Source: Macrostomum lignano (Eukaryota). From it: 64,000 bases of DNA. The stretch lies in contig NIVC01003352.1 of the NCBI GenBank assembly GCA_002269645.1, positions 6,134-70,133 on the forward strand, read 5' to 3'. The notes beneath the pieces are model-generated. The model saw only the letters and a program-made list of their open reading frames with translations. It did no database searches and was not told where the DNA came from. The translations under genes were made by a program, and so were the position numbers. Shown here piece by piece: positions 1 through 10,800 of the stretch. The first letter of the stretch is position 1, and the number at the start of each line of letters is the position of its first letter.

Positions 1-1104
1 TCTCACCTCAGAGATGACCCAGTCTTTTATATAGAATATCTTTAGGTGGGGACCTTATTTAGGATTTTCTAAGTGCCATTCTAAGTGAAAAAATGCCAAA
101 TATCAATTTTTTTCGTTGGTCTCTCATATTAAACTGAAAAAAAGTCTACGCGCGTATAGTTAAAAAAGTTACTCAGTTTTTTGCGCTAACAATTGAACAA
201 TAAATTAAAGCTATTTATTGTATAAAAGTGGGTTGCAGAGGCAATAGCCGTGATTTATAGCGTCGACGCACAGCTGCCGCACCGCAATATTTTCTCTCAA
301 AATCGTTGCTTTGGGAAAAAGAAAAAAATTGAGCAAAAATATGGGAAAAATGAGGGAATCCGCTGGCCGCTTCGTAAAAGTACAAATGTCAGAGCTCTGC
401 AACTCCCACCCTAGCAAAGGAACGAATAAGGTAGGAGACTGAGATCGGCTGATGGAAATGAAATGCCTCCTGGGACCTGGGGCAGAGCGAGAGGTGCGGC
501 AGAGATTGCCTCAACATCTCATTTCCGATTGCCAAATAACCAAATAAAAGAGAGGCAGTGGGTTCAGTGGAGCGCTGCCCCCCCCTCTCCAACTCTGCAC
601 AGCCTCCCGCGGCTGCCGATCCCAGATTCCCAATCACACCGCCATCAAATGAGGACATCAGTCGCGTGATTCGATAGCTCTATTGATGGTTGTGTGTAAG
701 AGCCTCAAGCCTGTCAATCAAGCCTGTAACACGGAATGTAACAGCCTCGAACCTGTAACACAAGCTTAGATACGGTACATTGTAAATACTGTAAAGCACT
801 GTAAGATACTGTAAAACACTGTAAAACAAAATCGGACTCTCAAAGACCGAATATCCTAATTTTTGGCCAACCATTCCTCGTAAGAGGCACTCAAACGGAT
901 TGAGTCAACCAGAGGGTCGCCAGCACAGTAAAGTTAAGCATAGTTGGCCGCGGTTAGTGCATCAGTCAAAATGGCTTTCATTCTTCCATCAGAAACAAAG
1001 CGTCCCTTCTTACTTCTTTATTCATCCTGACTGGGTAAGCAATAACCTATTCTTTGTAAACTAAGCTAAAAACGTTCTCAATATTTTAGCCAGGCAAAAC
1101 TCTC

Positions 1105-2373
1105 ATGGCGTTGAAACGCTGCGACCGCCTATGCAATGTTCACGGCCTGGCCAAGCTCATCTTCCTGGCCTGCATCACTCTCATCACCTGTGGCGTAATT
1201 GTTGGCACAATCCTGGTGCCGCTGATCATCCTGCCGTACTCCAGAGAGAGCCGCTTCGCCGACGCCAACTGCACCTATCTGACCGAGCACCTCATCGCCA
1301 AGCTGCCCTGCGAGAGCAAGTGCAGCAAAGACAAGAGCAGCTTCCCCTGCTACAGCATTCGGGTCAGCATCAGCCAGACCAATCAAACCGGGATGCTGTA
1401 CGAGAACTTCATCACGTTTTCTGAGCGACACGACGAGCCGGTAAGAACTGTGGTCTAGATAATTTTATTTTGCTGGAGCCGGTGCAACATTTTGATAGAA
1501 GATGTGCAACCGACAGCTCAGCCGCAGCTATTGCGCGGCGCATCTGAAGGCTGCGTACGGCTGTTCAGTCGAAGGATTGGGGGGTCGCCAACCACACCAT
1601 CAATTACCCCAGCTAATGCTGGCACCCATTTTACAGCTGGTTGAACTGAAGCAATGCAGAGTTAAATGTACATGTATTTCTCAAGGACACAAATTTTGGC
1701 GAGTGGATCGAGAATCGAACCCCCGACCTTTCATTCGCGAGTCCGACGCTCTAACCACTAGGCTACAACCCCATTTGTAAGGATTTTATCGTAACACTAA
1801 TACTTCGTCAGCGGAGTCAGCGGAATGGGCAGAATTGCCGTCAGCGATGGTTGTGTGCGCAGCCCTCCAGCGGACATAACAATAATTATGTTTACTACTA
1901 GTAATATAATAATTTATCGATTCACAAGTTTACCTACCTACAGTTTAGAGACCAGGTGGTAACCAAATGTCAAGCCAAGTGACCAATCTCTGACACACAC
2001 TGAAGTTTTTTCCTGAAATTCGGATTCTCTTCGGCGCGCGTGTTCCCTGACTTCTGTCGTCTCATTCCCCTGTCAGATCAATCAGTGCGGCACCGCTCCC
2101 TGCCTGTCGCAGGCGGCCGAGAACGTCGCCATGACAACCAGATTTATCAGGACCCTGCGCAAGAGCCGCAGCTTCCCTTGCCACTACCAGCCGGCTTCGA
2201 AGCCCGGCGGCCCGACCCCAGTGCTGCTGCACCGCATCTTCTCCAGGCGGCAGGCGACTCACTGCATCATCTGGCCGGCTGTGGCGGTGGCCGCCGGCCT
2301 GGCGCTGCTGGTGAGCACCTATTACTGCGCCGGCTGCACGGTGTGGACGCAGGACAAAACTGTCATAGCCTGA
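1105..2373 (+). CDS. Calcium-activated potassium (BK) channel beta-subunit-like protein (CaKB family), 2 exons, ~210 aa
   Basis: join(1105..1440,2077..2373); donor GTAAGA at 1441, acceptor tgtcAG ends 2076, phase 0. TM1 LIFLACITLITCGVIVGTILVPLII; Cys-rich loop (ANCT, PCESKC..SFPC, QCGTAPC, SFPCHY) with NCT/NQT sequons; TM2 HCIIWPAVAVAAGLALLV resembles the KCNMB 'HSLFWP' TM2 entry. Confidence 0.75.
1500..1772 (-). mobile_element. tRNA-derived SINE, family 1, copy A (in the KCNMB-like intron)
   Basis: Minus strand has A box TAGCCTAGTGG, B box GGTTCGATTC, then TTGTGTCCTTGAG...CAGCTGTAAAATGGG; colinear with the copies at 3678 and 59260. Confidence 0.85.
1811..1880 (+). mobile_element. Fragment of SINE family 2 body
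   Basis: GGAGTCAGCGGAATGGGCAGAATTG resembles the body of the elements at 48214-48574 and 41075-41350. Confidence 0.45.
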
Positions 2374-3173
2374 CGGAGTTCTGCTATGCCCAAAAATGTA
2401 CTCTCGCACCAAAGGTCCCCTGGTTCGATTCTATGCACTGCCATGTTAATGAGGGCTAAATCCCCTAGGCTTGGTTTGGCTTTTCGCGAGTGTCAGACCT
2501 TCGTCAATCTGAGAGAGAGAAGCCATGCACTAACCTACAGATTCTGTCACAAAAGACAGACCGATAAGCTACTCGTGCGATCTCATTAGGAACTCTTGAT
2601 TTAGTCTTGATTGCACGTCTCTTTCTCAAAGCTGTCCCAAGCTTTAAGATTGATTTTTTATTAGTTTCTATCATTCTCATGCAGATGCACTTTTTTCAAG
2701 GACTTTTTGGCGATGCATCTGTTTAAGAAATGTTGTTATTAAGCCTGGCAGCCCGAACTAGCTGTAGTATTGTAATTTATCACTTTGCTTATTCCATCAT
2801 AGATAAGATTCCTGTGCAATATTTTATTCGATAAATTTTCCCAAAGTGATTTTATTCTTTCATTTACGAATAATTAATATAAATATACAATTATATAATT
2901 GCAAAACTGAAGAACAAAGGATCAAAACGACTTTTGACACGTCAAAAGTTTGAAACGAAACGACATTCTTAAGCGTTAGACGGCTTCAATTTATTTTAAT
3001 GAACTTCAACTTTTTGACGGGATGAAAAAATGAGCATTTTTGTGGTTGAAATAAATCAGCAAAAAATGCTTGAACCGCATTTGGCTTGAAAAAAATAGAA
3101 AAATGAAATTAACTGGTCATCCGGTTTTTCTGGTCGCCATGGGTTTAATTAGTTACTCAGTAGGCAACCGTGC

Positions 3174-4629
3174 TCAAGTCAGCGGCTGAGTAATCCGCAC
3201 AATGCCGGCTGTCTGCAGGAAGTTGGTGCAGTTGAACTGCAGGGTGGAGTTGTCCATGAGCACCGGGTGGCACGCGTAGCGCATGAAGTCCGGCAGCAGG
3301 TCCTCCATCTCGAGGACGGCTCGCACGATTCTGTCCCAGCTGGCGGCCCGCACGATGACCACACGCCTGGGCAATGACTTGTACAGCTCCAGGCTGCCCA
3401 GGCTGATGCGCGCCTGCGTATTGTGCGCGGGCAGATTGTGCAGAGATTGTGGTTACGCTCCGTGAATAAGATATGAGTATCCGAATTTTGATAAATCCTA
3501 TACTTGCTCCATCGAAAAGGATCGATGTTCCATTTCGGACATTAAAACGGTAAAAGAAACTGTTGGGTACACTACTTAGAAGTAGTAACAAATGATTTTT
3601 GACGCTTCAGGCTGGTAGATGAAATGAGCTTCAACCGATTGCTGCTGGATAGCGTGCTGGATAGTTAGCTAGCAAGTTGTAGCCTAGATGGGGATGTAGC
3701 CTCACGTCGGGGGTTCGATTCTCGATCCTACTGGAACAATTTGTGTCCTTGAGCAAGACATTTAACTCTGCATTGCTTCGGTTCAACCAGCTGTAAATGG
3801 GTGCCAGCATTAGCTGGGGTAATTGAGGGTGTGTGTGGCGACCCCCAGTCCTTGGACTGAACAGCCGTACGCAGCCTTCAGATGCGCCGCGCAATAGCTG
3901 CGGCTGAGCTGTCGGTTGCACATCTAGCGAAATTGGGGCCTGTGTAGTCAATTACGAGCGTATTATTATTATCTAGCAAGTCAAAGGGGGCAGTAAAATC
4001 CAGGCCAACGAAGAGGCAAGCAGTCACATCCGCTCCTCGGTGACCCCTGGCAATCATTTTTTAGGTTAATCGCGAGTTTGAATCTGTATAACTATTAATT
4101 TCAAGGATTAGTACAGAATACACTTCTCGTAATACGAACAGTTAAGGATCTTTTTATGATTATAAGATGTTCCGGCTCAACTCCAGGTGAGGGACTCAGG
4201 ACCTGCTCAACTCCAGGTGAGGGACTCAGGACCTGCTCAACTCCAGGTGAGGGACTCAGGACCTGCTCAACTCCATGCAGGTGAGGGACTCAGGACTCAG
4301 GACCTGCTCACCCCTGATTTGTTCATGATGACCAGAAGTCGCCTATCGGTAGCGAACCGCTTGTCCAAGTCCATGAACGGCGCCATCAGACGGTCTACCT
4401 CGGAGCTGTACAGATAGACGTAGAACCAATAGTGCACTCGAAAGTCGGTGGTATCCGTTGGCTGAGACGGCTGCAGGCTGCGGTAGGGAAACGGCAGGCA
4501 GCCAGGCTTGGTCAGAACTCCGGTCTGTTCGGCCTTGTCCGCGTTGCCATTCTCCGTGTTCAACGACTTTGGATCGGCTAAGCGGTTCCTCTGCAGCCGG
4601 GCTCGGCGAGGCGTCTTTTCCTGCGACAT
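3174..4629 (-). CDS. Small uncharacterised protein (~185 aa) with a degenerate KH-like domain, 2 exons
   Basis: complement(join(3174..3413,4312..4629)); donor GTGAGC after ..NKSG, acceptor acgcAG, phase 0; joined sequence WFYVYLYSSEVDRLM...IMNKSGARISL...RRVVIVRAASWDRIVRAVLEMEDLL follows KH type-I patterning. The KH assignment is inference. Confidence 0.65.
3678..3972 (+). mobile_element. tRNA-derived SINE, family 1, copy B, with 9-bp TSD
   Basis: B box GGTTCGATTC, conserved core and (ATT)n tail; flanked by CTAGCAAGT at 3669-3677 and 3973-3981. Confidence 0.88.
4175..4310 (+). repeat. 30-bp minisatellite (GCTCAACTCCAGGTGAGGGACTCAGGACCT), ~4 units, intronic
   Basis: Direct tandem units; same family as 5127-5946 and 8502-8790. 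Confidence 0.9.
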
Positions 4630-5126
4630 TGGCTTTATGCTCTATTTGGTGTATAAATATATATACTATATAGCTGGCCTGACGTGCCCCAGCTGATCCT
4701 TTCACTGCGACTGTTGTTAGCCTAAAGCGTCTTCAAATCATGGACGTAGGAAAGAACTTGACCGTTAGAAGTTTGAGCTTACCTAGGAAATGTCATAGAC
4801 ATTTACATGTATAGCTGTCGCTCACACTCTGCCAGCTGCTTATTAATTCGGATATGTATTCATGTATGTATTCATTATGTATTCATATTCGGATATGTAT
4901 TATGTATTTATGTCGTAAAACTTTTTACCATAGACAACTCATAAACGTCTGGGGGGGAGAGAGAGTCAGAGTTTATACACAGAGCATAAAAGTGCAATCA
5001 AAGTTGGTCGGACAGGTGGAGAATGTATACCGTATTTCTTATAAGTTTCGGCAGTCTTTTTCAGCTGTCTGGGTGGAAATATTCTACAGTTCTTTTCAAT
5101 TTTTATAAAATCTCCCAAAGGCGTGG

Positions 5127-5946
5127 GTTGAGCAGATCCTGAGTCTCTCACCTGCAGTTGAGAAGGTCCTAAGTCGCTCATCTGCAGTTGAGCAGATCCT
5201 AAGTCCCTCATCTGGAGTTGAGAAGGTCCTAAGTCCCGCATCTGGAGTTGAGAAGGTCCTGAGTCGCTCATCTGCAGTTGAGCAGATCCTAAGTCCCTCA
5301 TCTGGAGTTGAGAAGGTCCTGAGTCGCTCATCTGCAGTTGAGCAGATCCTAAGTCCCTCATCTGGAGTTGAGAAGGTCCTGAGTCGCTCATCTGCAGTTG
5401 AGAAGGTCCTAAGTCCCTCATCTGGAGTTGAGAAGGTCCTGAGTCGCTCATCTGCAGTTGAGAAGGTCCTAAGTCCCTCATCTGGAGTTGAGAAGGTCCT
5501 GAGTCCCTCATCTGGAGTTGAGAAGGTCCTGAGTCGCTCATCTGCAGTTGAGCAGATCCTAAGTCCCTCATCTGGAGTTGAGAAGGTCCTGAGTCCCTCA
5601 TCTGGAGTTGAGAAGGTCCTGAGTCGCTCATCTGCAGTTGAGCAGATCCTAAGTCCCTCATCTGGAGTTGAGAAGGTCCTGAGTCGCTCATCTGCAGTTG
5701 AGAAGGTCCTAAGTCCCTCATCTGGAGTTGAGAAGGTCCTGAGTCGCTCATCTGCAGTTGAGAAGGTCCTAAGTCCCTCATTTGGAGTTGAGAAGGTCCT
5801 GAGTCGCTCATCTGCAGTTGAGAAGGTCCTAAGTCCCTCATCTGGAGTTGAGAAGGTCCTGAGTCGCTCATCTGCAGTTGAGAAGGTCCTAAGTCCCTCA
5901 TCTGGAGTTGAGAAGGTCCTGAGTCCCTCATCCGGAGTTGAGCAGG
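5127..5946 (-). repeat. 30-bp minisatellite array (partly alternating, 60-bp period), inverted relative to 4175-4310
   Basis: Tandem AGTTGAGAAGGTCCT(G/A)AGTC(C/G)CTCATCTG(G/C); translates as the 10-aa repeat MRDLGPSQLQ. Confidence 0.95.
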
Positions 5947-6564
5947 AGTAGTGGAATGAGGTGTCACTGGAGTGTCAGAAAGGAAAGTGTCAAAAACTGT
6001 GGTGTCAAAAGGGAGGTGTCAGAATGGGAGGTGTCAGAATGGAAGGTGTCAGTATGGGAGGTGTCAGAACGAGAGGTGTCAGACGGAAGAGTTGACAAAA
6101 AGAAAGTTGCTGTGTCTATAGATACCTTTGTGACTACTGGTTGAACTCGGACAGTTTATGTTTTCAAAAATGTGAAGCATTAAAATGACTCTTAATTTTT
6201 AAAAGTAATAGAACAAAACTGATATAAACTTTTCTGACAACAACGGAGGCAGTTAATTTTATAAGCATTGTCGGTTTCAAAACGGAATATATTTAATAAA
6301 TAACAATTTTTATTTAGACGCTCAACTCCGATAACATGCGGGCTGGAGGTGCTTCATCTTAAAACAGAAAAAAACGGTGCGTCCATTCTATTTGAAATAA
6401 TTCAAAAAACACCCTATAGTGCACAGTCTAACAAAAATTTACAACGCACAGAGGCAATGTTATGAGAAATGAGTGGAGCAGGATGAACTGTTTCTTAGGA
6501 AAAGCAGCGGCTTAAAGGATAACACCCTGGCAGTACTACCGTGGACAGCGAAAGTATAAGGGTG

Positions 6565-7611
6565 CCTGCACTGAGCATCTCACCCTGCACTGAGCATCTC
6601 ACCCTGCACTGAGTATCTCACCCTGCACTGAGCATCTCACCCTGCACTGAGCATCTCACCCTGCACTGAGTATCTCACCCTGCACTGAGCATCTCACCCT
6701 GCACTGAGCATCTCACCCTGCACTGAGTATCTCACCCTGCACTGAGCATCTCACCCTGCACTGAGCATCTCACCCTGCACTGAGTATCTCACCCTGCACT
6801 GAGCATCTCACCCAACACCAAGTATCTCACCCTGCACTGAGCATCTCACCCTGAACTGAGTATCTCACCCTGCACTGAGTATCTCACCCTGCACTGAGCA
6901 TCTCACCCTGCACCAAGTATCTCAACCTGCACTGAGCATCTCACCCTGCACTGAGTATCTCACCCTGCACTGAGTATCTCACCCTGCACTGAGCATCTCA
7001 CCCTGCACTGAGTATCTCACCCTGCACTGAGCATCTCACCCAACACCAAGTATCTCACCCTGCACTGAGCATCTCACCCTGCACTGAGTATCTCACCCTG
7101 CACTGAGCATCTCACCCTGCACCAAGTATCTCAACCTGCACTGAGCATCTCACCCTGCACTGAGTATCTCACCCTGCACTGAGTATCTCACCCTGCACTG
7201 AGTATCTCACTTTGCACTGAGCATCTCACCCTGCACTGAGTATCTCACCCTGCACTGAGTATCTCACCCTGCACTGAGCATCTCACCCAACACCAAGTAT
7301 CTCACCCTGCACTGAGCATCTCACCCTGCACTGAGTATCTCACCCTGCACTGAGCATCTCACCCTGCACTGAGCATCTCACCCTGCACCAAGTATCTCAA
7401 CCTGCACTGAGCATCTCACCCTGCACTGAGTATCTCACCCTGCACTGAGTATCTCACCCTGCACTGAGTATCTCACCCTGCACTGAGTATCTCACCCTGC
7501 ACTGAGCATCTCACCCTGCACTGAGCATCTCACCCTGCACTGAGTATCTCACCCTGCACTGAGTATCTCACCCTGCACTGAGTATCTCACCCTGCACTGA
7601 GTATCTCACCC
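6565..7611. repeat. 19-bp minisatellite CTGCACTGAG(C/T)ATCTCACC
   Basis: Direct inspection. Confidence 0.95.
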
Positions 7612-7890
7612 TTGCGCTGAGAAAGTTATTGCGCTGAAAACAGAAAATTGTATTTCTTTGCAAAAGCGGTGAATCGATGGTAATGTTTCGGGTGTTGCGT
7701 CCTTCTGCTTTGGTTGTCCGCGAGTTGCTACTGCTAATAAAATTCATATGTAGTATACCTATTTACTATAAGAATAATTAGAGCTAAACTTTACAGTTAT
7801 AAAGATCCGGCCACCAGCTGCCACCTCGCATGTGACTTTACTCGCATTGCATATGCTCATTCGAAAATGTCCACAGGCCATAGCAACGGG

Positions 7891-10800
7891 TCATCGGGAA
7901 GCTGCGGCGAAGGTCAACCCGTCATCTCGGCGAACCTCCGGCTCTGGCTCGGGCAGAGACGCACCCGATTCTTCGTTGGCTTCACGCAGTCCAGCCTCCT
8001 CGCGATCGGCTTCATCGTCCTCTCCGAGTTCCTGCTCCTCCTCATAGTCTGCGTCGGCATCGCAGGCGTATTTGCCGAGCTCTGCCGAGTCGGCAGCGAA
8101 CAGGCTCTGGTAGGCGCCAACGAGCTGCTGGAACAGCGGCTGCTGCTGTGAGCTGTCGGCCTCGCTGTGAGCCAGAGTCGCAGTCTCCACAACATGGCAC
8201 CAAGGCGCCGAGGCTGCGGCGGCGGCAGCAGCGGCCGCGGCGGCTGCGGCAGCGGCTGAATAGGCCGACTGAGCATCCTGCTGCTGCTGCTGCTGCTGTT
8301 GCTGAGAATGATGAAGATGGCTAGGATGCCGCAGATGATGCTGGCCGCCAAGGTGCTGTCTCGGATCGTGTCTGACAGGCGATGACGCAATCATTGGTAT
8401 GCCGTTCAGAGTGCGCTGGGGAGAGGTAAGAGAAGCGTTCCATGCATTTTGTTTATTGCAGTTAAATACGACGCTATCATGTTAAATCTTCTCAGTTCCC
8501 GGTGAAGGACTCAGGATCTTCCCGAATTCAGGTGAGGGACTCAGGATCTGCCCGAATTCAGGTGAGGGCCTCAGGATCTGCTCAACCTCAGATGAGGAAC
8601 TCAGGATCTGCTCAACTGCATGTGAGGGACTCAGGACCTGCTCAACTGCAGGTAAGAGACTCAGGATCTGCTCAACTGCATGCGAGGGACTCAGGACCTA
8701 CTCAACTGCGGGTGAGGGACTCAGGTTCTGCTCAGCTCGCTGGTAAGAGACTCAGGATCTGCTCAACTCCCGATGAGAGACTCAGGCTGCACTCCCGCAC
8801 ACTGAAAGCAGGTGCACTAGCCGGTCGCTACGCAATTGTTGGTGGTGGAGTGAAAATTCGGGCGGCAATAGTGAGGACTTGGGCGAGCTTAACTAGAAAA
8901 AGATTAGCGACCGCGTTTCTTGGTCTCTTCCGGCACTGCCAGGGGTCTTGTTTGGTCAGGCCTTGCCAAACGCCTCCTTCCGCCGTCGCCCCCCCCTCAA
9001 ATCGGCCCGGCTGCTGCGGTTTCTGGGATCTGCTGCGACCCCCCCCCCGGGCTAGTGGGTGGACTCAAACAAGCTGGCTGGGGAACACGGCATAGAATCC
9101 TATTATTCAGCTATTTCAGTCGGCCAGGTGTTTACGCAGCTGAGATCTCATCCTCAGGGGGGCGTGGAGCTGCACTGTGGATTTCTGCTGCTTCTGGTTC
9201 GGCAACCTCAGGGTGGACAATTTCACTGCACCTAAGCCGACCTGCGCACTGCTTGTCACTCTGTCTGTCTGCCAGTACGTAAATCAATTTTTTAACTGCT
9301 ATTTGGTTTTGCTATTGACTTCTCATTTCTATTAAGTTGTTCTCAGAGAAGAGTTTCCCGCCATTAGAAAGGAATGAATGAATAGAATGGATTGCTAATC
9401 TAGCCAACATCACGGATGCAGGAATAGAATGGATTGCTAATCTAGCCAACATCACGGATGCAGGAATAGAATGGATTGCTAATCTAGCCAACATCACGGA
9501 TGCAGGAATAGAATGGATTGCTAATCTAGCCAACATCACGGATGCAGGAATAGAATGGATTGCTAATCTAGCCAACATCACGGATGCAGGAATAGAATGG
9601 ATTGCTAATCTAGCCAACATCACGGATGCAGGAATAGAATGGATTGCTAATCTAGCCAACATCACGGATGCAGGAATAGAATGGATTGCTAATCTAGCCA
9701 ACATCACGGATGCAGGAATAGAATGGATTGCTAATCTAGCCAACATCACGGATGCAGGAATGGAATGGATTGCTAATCTAGCCAACATCACGGATGCAGG
9801 AATAGAATGGATTGCTAATCTAGCTAACATCACGGATGCAGGAATAGAATGGATTGCTAATCTAGCCAACATCACGGATGCAGGAATGGAATGGATTGCT
9901 AATCTAGCCAACATCACGGATGCAGGAATAGAATGGATTGCTAATCTAGCCAACATCACGGATGCAGGAATAGAATGGATTGCTAATCTAGCCAACATCA
10001 CGGATGCAGGAATAGAATGGATTGCTAATCTAGCCAACATCACGGATGCAGGAATAGAATGGATTGCTAATCTAGCCAACATCACGGATGCAGGAATGGA
10101 ATGGATTGCTAATCTAGCCAACATCACGGATGCAGGAATAGAATGGATTGCTAATCTAGCTAACATCACGGATGCAGGAATAGAATGGATTGCTAATCTA
10201 GCCAACATCACGGATGCAGGAATGGAATGGATTGCTAATCTAGCCAACATCACGGATGCAGGAATAGAATGGATTGCTAATCTAGCCAACATCACGGATG
10301 CAGGAATAGAATGGATTTGCTAATCTGTCTTATAAATAATGAACAAAAAAGATTACCTTCTGATAGACATCCTCACCTTCTGCTGCTGGTGCTCCATCTG
10401 TTTCATGAGCAGCTGTTTCTTCTTGTCCTTGCACCGCTTGTTCTGAAACCAGACCCTGATGACTCGCGGGCTCAGGCCGGTCATCTCCACCAGCTGCTCC
10501 TTCATCAGCGCGTCCGGCGAGGATTGGCCGCGTAGCAGGTGCGCAGCGTGTGCAGCTGCTTCTCGTTCAGCACCGTCCGGACTCGGGTCGCTTTGCTGCT
10601 GTCCTTGCCGCCGCCGCCGCCGCCGCCACAGACGGTTTTTCCGCGCTTCCCTCCGCCTGCGGCGGCGCCACTTGAAGCGCCGGTTCCACTGCCGACACCG
10701 TTGGACACAGCAGGCTCCGACGCCGTTGACTGACTCGCTGAATCCTCGTCGTTGCCTGTTTATCAGGTTAAGGGAGCGAGTCGTACGTTTCCCCAAATCA

